A stretch of DNA of 63,950 nt, filler included, from Collodictyon triciliatum (GCA_043381765.1; 28 parts of 28 records of this genome joined end to end with filler, not necessarily neighbours in it); one strand, 5' to 3'. Positions 12,154 to 25,546 are shown, counted from the whole stretch's first letter. The notes: a model not told the origin generated them from the sequence alone. Numbers and translations: made by a program.

Positions 12154-12345
12154 GGATTCAACAGATCGATCAGCTTTGCTTTCATTTTTAAGGTTTTATT
12201 CTGTTTTCATGGAGTGTCCTTGTGGGAAAAAAGCGGAGGTCTGCTTGAAAAAAACCCAGAGAATCTCTCCATCTAAAATGATTACAGTTAACGAACATAT
12301 ATTTAATATTCATTCATAACACTACTTACCTTGTTAAGCTGAGTC

Positions 12346-13896
12346 TTACTGTCTCCACCCAGCTGCTTTCTGTCTCCACCCAGCTGCTTTCTCGGTGTCC
12401 TTCCCAACACCCCACCCATTCTCATAGCACTCAGCCACAACAGAAACAGCTTGTGGATATTTGTGTTTTTCACCAATTTTTCTTCCATACCCCAGAATAT
12501 CTTCCTTCATTCCAGCCATTTCTTTCAAAACATTGAATGTCACCTTTGAGCCTTGTTGTGCTAGTTGCTTCAATCCATCAAAGTCTAATGATGACTTCAA
12601 AGGAGCGATAATTCTCCACTCAGCTGCTTTCTCGGTGTCCTTCTCAACACCCCATCCATTCTCATAGCACTCAGCCATCATCTGAGCCTGGAACTTCGTG
12701 AACTTACCCTGTTCACAATACGCAGCAAAGTCCGCATCAAAGGAAGCAGCACCGATAGAAAGTAGAAGGGTTTTGTTGAATCGACTCAATGCCGTGACAT
12801 TTCTGATTTGGATGCTTCCACCTTGCAGCTTTCTTGGGCCGATAATCTGGACTGTCCTTGCATCTTGGATACTGTTGGTGTCAATCATGTTCATCGCATC
12901 ACTTGTTCTGATGAATACTGCGATGACTTCATCTGGCTTTTCTTTCTTGACAAGGTATTTTCCTTGCGTGTAGGTCACTTCTGACTTTTGCACACTGTGT
13001 GTTTGATTTCCTGAGGCTACATCCCAAATACGTATTGTGTTATCATTACTTCCAGAAGCCAACCAATTTTCACCGTTCGGTCCTTGAATACTACGAACAC
13101 TATAGACCGAATGTGTATGACCTTCTAATGTTTTGATTTGGTTTCCTGTGACTACATCCCAAACACGTATTGTTCTATCTTGACTTCCAGAAGCCAGCCA
13201 TTGTTCTCCATTCAGTCCTTGAATACTGCAAATACTCCAGACAGAATCTGTATGTCCTTTTAATGATTTGATTTGGTTTCCTGTGGCTACATCCCAAATA
13301 CGTAATGTTTTATCCATACTTCCAGAAGCCAGCCAATTTTCACCATTCGGTCCTTGAATACTGCAAACACTATAGACCGAATGTGTATGACCTTCCAATT
13401 TTTTGATTTGGTTTCCTGTGACTACATCCCAAACACGTATTGATTTATCATCACTTCCAGAAGCCAACCAGTTTTCACCATTCGGTCCTTGAATACTGCA
13501 AACACTATTGACACATTCTGTATGCCCTTCTAATGTATTGATTTGGTTTCCTGTCACTATATCCCAAATACGTATTGTATTGTCAAGACTTCCAGAAGCC
13601 AACCAACTTTCACCATTCGGCCCTTGAATACTGCAAACACTGTTGACACCATATGTATGTCCTTCTAATGTTTTGATATGGTTTCCTGTGGTTATATCCC
13701 AAATACGTATTGTTTTATCATCACTTCCAGAAGCCAACCACTTTTCACCATTCGGTCCTTGGATGCTGCAAATACTCCAGACAACACTTGTATGTCCTTC
13801 TAATGTATTGATTTGGTTTCCTGTCACTATATCCCAAATACGTATTGTATTGTCAAGACTTCCAGAAGCCAACCAACTTTCACCATTCGGCCCTTG
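12346..13896 (-). CDS. WD40-repeat protein (at least 7 near-identical 45-aa units) with C-terminal Sel1-like repeats, 5'-partial
   Basis: 135-bp period with tccagaagcc at 13051, 13186, 13321, 13456, 13591, 13726 and 13861. Unit consensus LASGSxDxTIRIWD..LEGHTxxVxS, followed by two AECYENGWGVxKDTEKAAxW Sel1 motifs. Intronless over 1.5 kb. Confidence 0.9.
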   Translation of the reverse strand, partial: QGPNGESWLASGSLDNTIRIWDIVTGNQINTLEGHTSVVWSICSIQGPNGEKWLASGSDDKTIRIWDITTGNHIKTLEGHTYGVNSVCSIQGPNGESWLASGSLDNTIRIWDIVTGNQINTLEGHTECVNSVCSIQGPNGENWLASGSDDKSIRVWDVVTGNQIKKLEGHTHSVYSVCSIQGPNGENWLASGSMDKTLRIWDVATGNQIKSLKGHTDSVWSICSIQGLNGEQWLASGSQDRTIRVWDVVTGNQIKTLEGHTHSVYSVRSIQGPNGENWLASGSNDNTIRIWDVASGNQTHSVQKSEVTYTQGKYLVKKEKPDEVIAVFIRTSDAMNMIDTNSIQDARTVQIIGPRKLQGGSIQIRNVTALSRFNKTLLLSIGAASFDADFAAYCEQGKFTKFQAQMMAECYENGWGVEKDTEKAAEWRIIAPLKSSLDFDGLKQLAQQGSKVTFNVLKEMAGMKEDILGYGRKIGEKHKYPQAVSVVAECYENGWGVGKDTEKAAGWRQKAAGWRQ

Positions 13897-13996
13897 NNNN
13901 NNNNNNNNNNNNNNNNNNNNNNNNNNNNNNNNNNNNNNNNTTAATTAATTAANNNNNNNNNNNNNNNNNNNNNNNNNNNNNNNNNNNNNNNNNNNN

Positions 13997-14046
<50 letters not shown>

Positions 14047-15982
14047 TGTGTTGGAGGCTGTTTAGTATATTATTTGCTTTAGAGTGTGAATTATCACAAT
14101 AATATAGAAACGAACTGTCGAAAAAGAAAAGGTCGACGTAGGCGGATAATCCGTCTGCCACATATCCAAATAGCTAGTGGGTTTAGTCTGCTTAGACTGA
14201 GAAATTATTAAATTGGTGGAAATTGTTCAAGTACATTTATTGCATCATCTCTATGCAATATATACTGTGTCTGTGCGGTTAGAAATTATGCATGATATAT
14301 ATCCCACAAATTTTATAATTCTTTTGAATTTATTTTCCATTTTTGTATAATTTTTTTATATAAAATCCTTTATGCAAATGTGGATAAAATTCGTCATTTG
14401 GTTTTTTCAATCTGGTATTTTTGTCCTAGACTTCGCCCATTCTCTGGTTTCCGTTGGGTTCGCAATCCTCCGAAGCTGAAGAACAACACTCTCGACAGCA
14501 AAGATCTCTTCGTGGTTCGGGCATCCTATCACTCTTGAGAATGACCTGCAGCGCTTTCTGTGCCTGTGCTGGCTCTCGAAGGTGCTCTATTGCGATTGAG
14601 AGGGTTGAAAAGAAAAACATCAAGAAAAAGCTCGCGCTGTTAACTAATCATGTTTGTATCAAGCAAGCAGCGCTAAGGATGGGTGGCGCTTCTCCGCCAA
14701 CAAATGCCATGTCGTTTTTTATGTTTGGTTTGTTTTTACTTATTTAAGAGTTCTTGGACAACATAAATACATACATACATACATACATACATACATACAT
14801 ACATACATACATACATACATACATACATACATACATACATACATACATACATACATACATACATACATACATACATACATACATACATACATACATACAT
14901 ACATACATACATACATACATACATACATACATACATACATACATACATACATACATACACACATATGCACATATACACACAGCAGAAAACACATAATGAT
15001 ATAGACGATTCGATTTTCTTTTTTGAAATATAAGCATATGTTAAATAAACAATAAATGGAGGAGTAAAAATAAATCAAATAACCGCAATTAAACGACAAA
15101 ACAAGACCACATTAATATTTTATGTCAAAATATTTAGCCAAGTGCAAATTACCAGCATATTTTCATGAATGACTTCAGTGTCACGAAATAACATAATTTG
15201 ACACAAATATAAATACATTTTTCATTATTTAGCTCATAGAATTGTTTATTTTATTTCTTTCCTTAACAGCTTGTCCAGTCCATTCTTCAATAATCAGACC
15301 TTGTGAGAAGAGACATGTGGGAAGAGGCTGAGAAAGAAGATAAACATCGCTTTACCTCTCATGCAGGCACAAGATACAGCTACAGACCAAACCACGAGAT
15401 GCAATTCCTGATTACCAACTTTTCCACCAATCGGGTGTCAATGAGCGTCCATATGAACAAAGGTTAGAAAACATAAGATAAAAATTCCACCACCTTGCAG
15501 AAAAAAATGAGTTAAGATAATGGCAAACAGAGAACCTTGAATGCAAGCCCATCGCTAAGCGTTTCATTTCATAGCCAAGATACCTGCTGATATATGAGTC
15601 ATTACGAACGAGCAGCGTTACCAACAAATGGAAACTTTGGAGTTCAAATAATGTTTTTTTTTTTTGCGGTATTATTACCTATATATTATAGAGGTAATAA
15701 TACCACAAATTTGACTGAAAATTAAAAGTAAAATAAGACAAAAGCCACTCCTGATCAAACACCTTGACATATGGTGCCTTGAATGAAAGGCTAGCCCACC
15801 CAACAAAGTCTCCCAGCGCCAAGGTTAGGATTTTCCCAGGCACAGATGGTCCGCTGTCTAGTGTGAATTCGGTGAGCACCAATTCAAACAAAAGCCAACG
15901 CCTACCGTGTGAAAAAATACTCGACTTTATTCATTCTTCTCCACAAATACTTGACAAGGAATCGTTTGCAATCATAATCAAT

Positions 15983-16227
15983 CTCTTCGATCTCGGCTGG
16001 CTTAATTCAACCATCAATGGACTTCAGTGAGACCAGAACTGTAATGGCGCCAGTCAGCCCTGTGCATCGGCGGGACTTGCACCGGGAAGCGGAACCTCCA
16101 ATCAACCATTTTTTACATACCACGATTTGGATTGCGATTGAGAACGAACTCTTCAAAGACGAAGACTGCTTTGTCCGCCTTCGGGGCAAGCAATGGCCTG
16201 TTCTCCCTTTCGTAAACCGTAGTAACA
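15983..16227 (+). mobile_element. 5' portion of the LINE family (ORF1 start MDFSETR)
   Basis: Homologous to 28366-28612 and 7690-7850 (IENELFKDEDCFVRLRGKQW). Confidence 0.85.
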
Positions 16228-16338
16228 NNNNNNNNNNNNNNNNNNNNNNNNNNNNNNNNNNNNNNNNNNNNTTAATTAATTAANNNNNNNNNNNNNNNNN
16301 NNNNNNNNNNNNNNNNNNNNNNNNNNNATATTTTCATT

Positions 16339-17680
16339 TTATGATTTGGAAATGAAGCACTCATCGAACTTACCGAAGTCAAAATCTAAAATTTGCAGAG
16401 GTAATTCTTGTCCAGTTGTACCCATCATAACTCTCCACTTGCTGTTATAAACGAAAGATGAAAAGTGGTATCTCCCCAATGACGATGGCCCATTTTGCTG
16501 AATCAGACTCCACTCGTTCGTTACTTTTGTGTCACGCCACAATTTTTTTATTAAAATTTCATGAAAAACTAGATGATTTATGCATAATGTGTTCATTATT
16601 GTCTATATGGCATTTAGTATAAACCTGTTGAGAATCTCCACGTTTCCGTCGAAATCTGCGAACCGTCTGCCAAGCTCTTCTCTAGCCATCCAGAAGTCAT
16701 GTAAATGGAAGTGCCATTTGATATGCACGCATGGCCCATTCTATTTGATGGAACGGAACTGCTCGGCCCAGAGATAGAAATCCGAGTCCATATACTGAAT
16801 AATGAATATTTGTTATAAAAAAGAAGTAAAACTCTCAATCGTGCATCTTGCACATATTGGCTAACCTCGAACCAAGGTGAAGGATGTATGTAAAAAGGTC
16901 GCCGTTGTCATTCTTATTGAATCCTCCGTAGAGATATATCCTTTAATCAACAATTTTGTATGAGTACTTCCCAATCGAAACATTCTAATGCGCCAGTATA
17001 TATCAAATTCATTCATACCGATGTTTATTTTTTCATTTCAATATCATTATTGGCTCTGTGTAAGTAATTGTAGGTATTTAATTTTATACAAACTTGTTGT
17101 TAGTGAGGACTGCACAGGCTCCGTATCTTTTTGAAGGAATGTCTTCAGATGCTCGAATCAACTCCCAGCCGAATGTGGCTTTTATTTTGAGTAATTTTTT
17201 TTAAAAAAGTAGAAAACTGAGTGATTATTTTTTATATTTGAGAGAAATTTTTTGGATGAATAAAGCGATAGGTCTCCTTTTTTTTCCTTTTCCTATGATT
17301 CTTGAAGGTGAGTAACCTGCATTAGTATCTCTCAAAAGATAAATAAGGTCCATGTCTGTGAATTCTACACTAGAAGATGAGAGCTTTGCATTGTTACGGT
17401 ATCCACCCAACAAGTAAACGTGTGTTGAGTTGGATGCAACAGAGCCATGGATGATTGCAGGGGGCTGCGAATCTGCTTGAATCCAGTCATATCCTTTGAA
17501 AAGGAATTTTTATTCAGTTTGTCTCAACATTTCCAATTCTATTTAAAAATAATATAATATAATATGAAGTAATAAAATTATAAACCTATTACCTAGAACG
17601 ATTATCGAAGAAATAAGCAAGGTTATCGCTGGAGCGAGGGATGCGCACAACATTTTTGTTCTGTTTTTGGATGGAGCCAT
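16339..17680 (-). CDS. Kelch-repeat protein with N-terminal signal/TM segment, spliced, 3'-partial
   Basis: MAPSK..ITLLISSIIVL|GYDW..HGSVASNSTHVYLLGGY, PSKRYGACAV, PSNRMGHACISNGTSIYMTSGW..TWRF and GRYHFSSFVY. Confidence 0.7.
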
Positions 17681-19383
17681 GTGAATTCCTCTAAAGGCAC
17701 AGAAGTAATCTAGCAGCATTAATTTATTATGGTTTGGTGCCTTTTAAATATTTTATCCTTGTTCCTTTCGAACGGGAGGAAATACAGTCTTGTTCAAGAT
17801 AATATGGGTGTGCATTTTTTTGAACGGCATATGCTATGAGTGGTGAACAATTTTTTCGTTTGTTTTGTTTTGTTATTTAGGGGCAGTAAAGAAGAAATAT
17901 GTAAATGGAGTGTGGGAGGTGAGTATAGAAATCAGCCAGCCAAGCTCTATTGTTTTATTTGTCCTCTATATAAAGGCTGCAATGGTGCGGATTATGATTG
18001 AAGTTCAGAACCCAAATCAATCGGATGGAACTGTAGTTGTGTGATGTTAATATAGCTTTTAGACTGTCGGCCAAGAAACAACAGGAGTGTCCCTCGTGGC
18101 TTGACCCTATTATATCGTGCATTATGCACTCAGCACGGGGATGGCTATCTTTTCTTCTTGCCTGATGTACAGCTTGTGTTGTGGGAAGACCAAACTGGCT
18201 ATCTATCTATTCGTTGCTGGCTTGCGGCTTTTCTTTGGACTGTCTTTCGGAATGTGGGCTTGGCAAACGGCTTTACTGGTTTTATGACTTCCTAGAGAAA
18301 GTCCGCAAAAAGATAACAAGGTTCCCGATGTCGGCACGGCAGAGAACAATCTATGCCCGAGACGCCGCATTCCTAATCCAACGGACTACTTATCCGGAGG
18401 TTATATGTGAATGAAGCGTAATCACAAGTCGCAAATCACAAATCACAAATCACAAATCTCAAATCACAAATCACAAATCACAAATCACAAATCACAAATC
18501 ACAAATCACAAATCACAAATCACAAATCACAAATCACAAATCACAAATCACAAATCTCANNNNNNNNNNNNNNNNNNNNNNNNNNNNNNNNNNNNNNNNN
18601 NNNTTAATTAATTAANNNNNNNNNNNNNNNNNNNNNNNNNNNNNNNNNNNNNNNNNNNNAAAAAAAACAATAAAAACAATAAAAACAATAAAAACAAAAA
18701 AAAACAATAAAAACAAAAAAAAACAATAAAAAACAATAAAAAACAATAAAAAACAATAAAAAACAATAAAAAAACAATAAAGCAGTTGAAAAAAAATGGA
18801 CGGAACACCAAATAAAAAACCAACCATTCTTGCGGTCTCCATGGTAACCTATACACCAGTAAAATATTAGCACGGTTGGCTCGGTATCGGGCCTTGGATC
18901 ATATGGCGTGCTCTAGTTTAATGCGCATTGTTCCCCACCCACTTTGCATACAAGAGCGATTATTAATCCCTTCTTTTGATTCTTGTGATCACAAGACAAA
19001 CACAAAGCCTCATTTCCATATATGCATAAAGTCGGTATACGAGGGTGGAAGCCACAATCATCATCAGACCACCAGACCATCAGACCATCATACAGGCAAA
19101 CAATCAGACAACCGAATAATCGAACTATTGGACAATCACACAAAGCATCCTTTCTGTCTGTGTCCCCACTACGTTCACCGCCCCCATCAAAACCGAGTAG
19201 ACATTCGTGCAATTTTACGGAGTGCTGCGAAGGATAGGAGGCGTAAGCTTTATCATACGAAAGCAAATATTAAGAGAAACATGTATACAAACCAGGCGGT
19301 TTTTTGCAACATATGCGATGTGTGCAGATATGAGAGAAAGTTTGGGACGGAAAAAAAGAAGAAAAAAACAAAAAAACGTGTCT

Positions 19384-20540
19384 CTAGTCCGGCGAGAGCA
19401 TGGCTGATTCTCTCAAACCAAAAGTGTCCTGAGTCTTGTTTGCTGGAGAGAAAGGATGGAAAAGGGTGCCAGAGCCGATGCTATGTTCGGATGCCATCTT
19501 TTGAGAAGCACGAGAAACGCGGTTTCCTGAAGGGTGCTCCATCGGTACTTGAGTTGCAATGCATAGTTCTCTTGTTTCTTTGTTCAAGTTGCCCGTGCTG
19601 GGTTGGGTCAGAAGGCGGTGAGATTGGATGCTACTGGATAAAACTGTTCCAAAAGACGCGTGTTGAGGAATGGCTGATTGAAGGCTTGGAACAGAGTTGC
19701 TGGGGAGATGCTGGTCTCTCAGTGTCGTTTGCTTCGGATTTTGAATATATTCTTTGTCTGCTTTTCTGTAATCATGAAATATATGGGATTTGAATGAGAT
19801 AAAAAGATATAATGCGAAGAAAGAAAACAGACAGGGATAAAGAAAGACAAATTCAGGAAAAGAATAAGAGAACCGTATCATACTTAGTTTCTTCTGTACT
19901 AAGCTGCTCTATCGCGACAACAAGCGGTTTTGGCTTTAACTGGGAATCAATGATTAAGTTTAATGTACACAAAACTGAAGTGGAATATTAACAGGTGATA
20001 CCCTGACTCTGGAAAGGGGTCTAATTTTTTTCAATAGTGATAGTTTCAAAATATCATGAGTCAATGAATTACGCTGTAAATCCGGAATATCCGAATGCTC
20101 ATAGCTATGATGTAGCGCTGTGTTTGGTTCTCAGAAGTTAGCCTATATAACTTCTTCCCATCAAGCGTGATGGAAAATTCCTTTTCGTTGGACGGGCTCA
20201 ACACAATCTGTCATTTTTTTTTTTAAATAGAAGACTTTTCAATACAACACCATACCAAAAATAAAAATGAATCATGAATCACAGGATGGGATAATTCGTA
20301 GGGTCTGATGACATACCTCTATTGAAAAGGTGTACTTTTCTTTGTATTTTGTCTTTCCATTTTTTTGGAGCTTCAGCTTGCTGGAAGTCAAGAGTATTGT
20401 GTTTATTGAATCTCTCTCACTCTTTACACTAAAAACTGCAGCTCCTTCTTTAACGAAGCCCATGACTATTTCCCCTATTTCATTATCTATTGAAGATTGA
20501 GAAAGATTCCATTATGCTATAGTTGTATATTTACCCATCT
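19384..20540 (-). CDS. Spliced hypothetical protein with a PH-like segment and a low-complexity C-terminus
   Basis: DNEIGEIVMGFVKEGAAVFSV..ILLTSSKLKLQKNGKTKYKEKYTFSIE|IVLSPSNEKEFSITLDGKKLYRLTSENQTQRYIIAMSIRIF, then a last exon at 19384-19770. Reminiscent of SCAB-type PH domains (my impression only). Confidence 0.45.
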
Positions 20541-20549
20541 CTGAAAGAA

Positions 20550-20661
<112 letters not shown>

Positions 20662-20990
20662 AGAGTAAATAATAATGAGAAAAGAAAAGAATAGAAAATA
20701 GAAAGAAAGAAAAGAAAAAGAGAAAAAGAAAAAAGAAAGAAAGAAAAGAAAAAAGAAAGAAAAGGAAAGGAAAAGAAAGAAAAAAGAAAAAGAAAGAAAA
20801 AAGAAATAGAAATAGAAAGAAAAAGAAAAGAAAAAGAAAAGAAAAAAGAAAGAAAAAAGAAAGAAAAAAGAAAGAAAAAAGAAAGAAAAANNNNNNNNNN
20901 NNNNNNNNNNNNNNNNNNNNNNNNNNNNNNNNNNTTAATTAATTAANNNNNNNNNNNNNNNNNNNNNNNNNNNNNNNNNNNNNNNNNNNN

Positions 20991-21396
20991 CAACATCGGC
21001 CACTTCGACAACGAGATCGACGTGGCCGGCCTCAAGGCCTACCCGGGCGTTGTCCACCGCAACATCAAGCCCCAGGTCGACGAGTACCGCTTCCCGGACG
21101 GCCACTCCGTCCTGCTCCTCGCCGAGGGCCGCCTCGTCAATCTCGGCTGCGCCACCGGCCACCCTTCCTTCGTCATGTCCTGCTCCTTCACAAACCAGGT
21201 CCTGGCCCAGCTCACCCTCTGGCGCGACGCCCACCCCATCGGCTGCCACACCCTCCCCAAGAAGCTCGACGAAGAGGTCGCCGCCCTCCACCTCGACAAG
21301 CTCGGCGCAAAGCTCACCCGCCTCACCCCGCTCCAGGCCGAGTATCTCGGCGTCTCCGAGGACGGACCCTACAAGCCCGAGCACTACCGCTACTAG
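20991..21396 (+). CDS. AHCY: Adenosylhomocysteinase (SAHH), C-terminal part
   Basis: [73 protein letters not shown]. Confidence 0.97.
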
Positions 21397-22399
21397 TCCC
21401 CTTCTCTTCTCCTCCCCGCCCTTCCCAGTCCCCGTTGCGGCGGGTTGTTCAGATGGCGGTGGCGATGGCGATGGCGATGGCGATGACAGCGGCTGGTGAG
21501 GGGAAGAGCAAGAAATAAGCGGGGGAGGCGCAATCTGATATGAGGGGGAGGGGCTAACGCAGCATGACATTACTAACTCTGCTTTTGTCCTTCCTGTCGT
21601 TCGACGCTTCACCAACACTCTACCTCTTTCAGATGACCCCATATCCATTCTGCTTTCTTTTCTCTTCATCTCCTCACGCAGGAATTCACACAACGCTTTT
21701 CCTCCCTTCTCCCCCCATGACGAGATACATCCTCGAAGGCACATAATTAAAAACGTCAACAACAACAACAACCACAAATAAATCTGTGACTTGAGAAAAA
21801 AAGATTAAAGAAATCTGGCATTTTGTGAGGCATAAATTCTCGCTTGCGTTCTCCTCATACCCTTTTGCCTGTCACTTGTTATGATTTGAAGAGACTCTGT
21901 TTTTTTTTCCCCCCTTTCAATGGTTTTCTTTTTAATTAGGAGAATATGGAGAGACAGAGATAGAAAGATTTGGAGGGGATGGAAGGAGGCGGGTGCATCA
22001 GGCGCTCGGAAGAAGTGTTTTTTTTTCGAGCTTGATGATGGGGTGATAGGCGCGCATCCACTCTTCCTGTTGTTCTCTAAGTGTCTTGTGGTATTTCTTG
22101 TCCGTGTATGTTCACTGCATTGATTTATGTTGGATATTATACACTCCGAGTGCTCAGATAAACATATTTTCTTTTCCATTCTTAAAGGCGCTAGAACATG
22201 CTTGATAATTTAAATGGCCATTGTTGCATTAGATGTGTCATACAAGTATAGGTGTATGCGAATATACCAACACTAAATAACATTCAATACGTTGATCTTC
22301 TCAAAATGCTGATATATTTTTGTCTTGGCATAAAAATTACTATGTTTCTCTCTTCTCCACTCTTTTTCTTATTCATTTTTCTATCTCTATTTTAACACG

Positions 22400-22935
22400 T
22401 TTGTTTCTTCTATTTGGAAGAATATGGCATATAGATAAATAAATGCAGAGGTAAATAAAACAAACCGTAATCGCGAAGACCGACGTAGAATTTTCGCACA
22501 TAGTTTAGAATGGCCGCCTATATTTACCATTGTACAAATGAGCAGGTAAGCAAGATCAATATTCCATATCAGAAACAAATAAACATGACATACCATCGAA
22601 ATTCTTTCTTTTCAATATGTATATAAAATATATTCTCAAAGGAAAAAAAGAGAAAAACGAAGAGGATAATGGATACCTATCAAATTTCGGACAATTATTA
22701 AAAGTGCAGATAAATAATCTCAAGTCAACAAGAAAGTCGCGTCGTGTAGAAAATATTTTGTTATCAGTTTATGTACACATTCTTTCCCCAACAGTTTATG
22801 TGCACATAATAGATGGATATAGTTAACCTGAATAGCAATGCGGAGTATGAAAAAAATGACAGTGGTTGCATTCAAGTCCATCACTTGGGCAGCCACAGCC
22901 AATGTGACAACATCTGCCAGGAGCATCATTGCGAG
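22400..22935 (-). CDS. Spliced membrane-protein fragment
   Basis: Hydrophobic exon-like blocks MMLLADVVTLAVAAQVMDLNATTVIFFILRIAIQ|gt and RRSSRLRFVLFTSAFIYLYAIFFQIEET. Confidence 0.35.
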
Positions 22936-23078
22936 ATAGATTGTATACTAAATAAGAGGTTCATCTACCGTCAAATCTACATCGTTCATATAAAAGAAAA
23001 AGAGAAAAAAAGAGAAAAAAAGAGAAAAAAAGAGAAAAAAAAGAGAAAAAAAAGAGAAAAAAAAGAGAAAAAAAAGAG

Positions 23079-23169
<91 letters not shown>

Positions 23170-23383
23170 AAAAAAAGAGAAAAAAGAGAAAAAAAGAGAA
23201 AAAAAGAGAAAAAAAGAGAANNNNNNNNNNNNNNNNNNNNNNNNNNNNNNNNNNNNNNNNNNNNTTAATTAATTAANNNNNNNNNNNNNNNNNNNNNNNN
23301 NNNNNNNNNNNNNNNNNNNNATCATTATCATTATCATTATCATTATCATTATCATTATCATTATCATTATCATTATCATTATC

Positions 23384-23418
<35 letters not shown>

Positions 23419-23435
23419 AATTATTTTAAATTACC

Positions 23436-25288
23436 ATTGGCCCAACAGAGCCCATCTTGTGCCAACCTGGAAAAGAGACGGTTGTTGGGCCACACGACTC
23501 GCTCATACCAAACAATTCGTACAAAGGAATTCCCTTTTTACGCATAAAAAGTATGAAATATTCATATTTTAGCCTCTATTCGTGTATATTTCGTTTTTGA
23601 TTGAATACCAGTGGGTCATTATTTGGGGTAAAAGATAATACGGGCAATACTTTTGTAATCCCACCGTAATCCATATGAAAGACCCTTACCAAACTCATGA
23701 AATACTCGAATGTAGAATGGCTTGTTGGTGCTGCGCCAGTCATAAGATAGCGGCATCTGTCGAGTCCAAGTGCCTCTCGGATCTTCGAATAGTTGTAAAA
23801 GTATCAATGATATGTATTTCATTATTCTTCTGGCAGGATGTGATTATTTTTCTAATTACAGAACATAGCCGAAAATTTAGGATGATAGAAAATTAGGCCA
23901 AAATATAAGGGGGTTAAAAAAAGTGTATGAGTTAAATTGCACCTTGAAGAATAGAGTCTTTTGTAACACATCAAATGCCATTCCTGGTTCGTTATTGTTC
24001 ATAACTCGATAGGATCCTTCTAATCCTTTCTTTTTTGCCCAGACGGATATTTTCCTCATTACTAGGTGATACCAACGTATTATTCTTTTTAGAGATGTTC
24101 AATGTCAATTAAAGTAATAAGTGCTCTTTATATCTCAGTGCTTCATTCGGCATACTTCCACGTCTATTTGCACCAGCGGCCTTCAAGGCAGACTCTATTT
24201 TTTCATAAACGCGTGGAACACCAATAAATACTGTTGGACGTACTTCTCGGAGTGTCTGTGCAAAAAGTACTGGGATGTCAGTGAAACAATATCTAAAAAA
24301 TATCTACACAAATAATAGATGACAAAATGACAAAATGACAAAATGACAAAATGACAAAATGACAAAATGACAAAATGACAAAATGACAAAATGACAAAAT
24401 GACAAAATGACAAAATGACAAAATAAATGAACATATGAAAGAATAACTAATTTTTCATGAAAATTATATATGAAGCACACGACAACTTATCGTTATAACA
24501 CGTACATTAACCAATCCTCCCTTCAAGGCATCTGGTGTAGCAAAGAATACTTCGCTCCCAGAGAATGCAGGTAAAAATAGACCAGCCATTTGCTCTGCGA
24601 CGTGACTGGGAATATATGTTACGTTGAATTCGTTTTCATTAATCCTTACTTGATAATCAGATAGACATTGATTGCTAATATATCACTTTCAAAAAGAAAA
24701 TTTATTTCAAATAAGTCGTAGTGTTTCTTATTCTTCCTTTCAATTTTGTGCAAGATGGTGGGGATGAAATCTTAGTATATCTATAGAACCTTAGAGGAAG
24801 ATAACTAACAGTTGAGTCAGTACTACTAAATCGAATCAAAGAATGGCCCGATTTGAGAATCCAACATATGTTTCTATGCGTAAGCATCACACCCTTAGGA
24901 TTTCCTGTGGTCCCTGAAGTATAAATCAGTGAACAAACATCACCAAGAGCGATTTTTTCTATTCTCTGGCGCAATTCAATGTCTTGTATCTAATTAATTA
25001 CAATTCTATCAGTTATTTACTGGACTGTTTATAAAGGAAGAATAAGGGCAAAAATTCCTCGGCTGTTTATCAAAAGCCTGTTCTACATAATGTCAAAAAT
25101 TGTAGCATCTAGTCGATGCAATTCACAAAATCACCTCTGTGCTCATACTCATAAATCTATTCCATGGGATTGCCCACCCATCTGGGTCTACTGTATCATC
25201 CATGAGCACAACTACCTTCACTTTGGTGAGTTGGGTGCGAATATATTTGAACTTTGCCAATTGTGAGAGATTCTCCACAAAAATTAGC
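23436..25288 (-). CDS. ACSBG: Long-chain fatty-acid-CoA ligase (ACSBG/bubblegum-like), internal exons
   Basis: AMP-binding motif [69 protein letters not shown] and [17 protein letters not shown]. Confidence 0.92.
24728..24766 (-). mobile_element. 39-nt family-B tail insertion in an ACSBG intron, with decayed TSD
   Basis: ttattcttcctttcaattttgtgcaagatggtggggatg is the reverse complement of the family-B 3' end. Flanks aagtcgtagtgtttct and aaatcttagtatatct match at 12 of 16 positions. Confidence 0.7.
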
Positions 25289-25361
25289 TATTAGATATTT
25301 CAGACAAGGAAAATATCATCGAAGTAATTATCTTAGTATCAAATATAGGAGAAAATCATAA

Positions 25362-25411
25362 ATTCAAGATAAAGACTTTTTTCCTTTATTCGATATTCAA
25401 GATAAAGACTT
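25362..25411 (-). mobile_element. 16-nt LINE-tail micro-insertion with perfect 17-bp TSD
   Basis: attcaagataaagactt at 25362-25378 and 25395-25411 flanks ttttcctttattcgat (reverse complement atcgaataaaggaaaa). Confidence 0.75.
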
Positions 25412-25455
25412 GATAAGAGCCAAAAAAAAAAGTCACAAAAACATTCTAGGTGAAA

Positions 25456-25546
<91 letters not shown>

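Noticed and set aside
11610-12185. Long poly-Phe/Lys/Ile ORFs here and at most contig ends
   Set aside because: These are translations of stop-free microsatellites running into N gaps.
18876-19793. 305-aa plus-strand ORF in the ORF track
   Set aside because: Non-ATG start and no motifs, and it overlaps antisense a more plausible minus-strand last exon. Probably a shadow ORF.
20935-21777. Long antisense ORF over SAHH
   Set aside because: A by-product of extreme GC3 bias in the sense gene.
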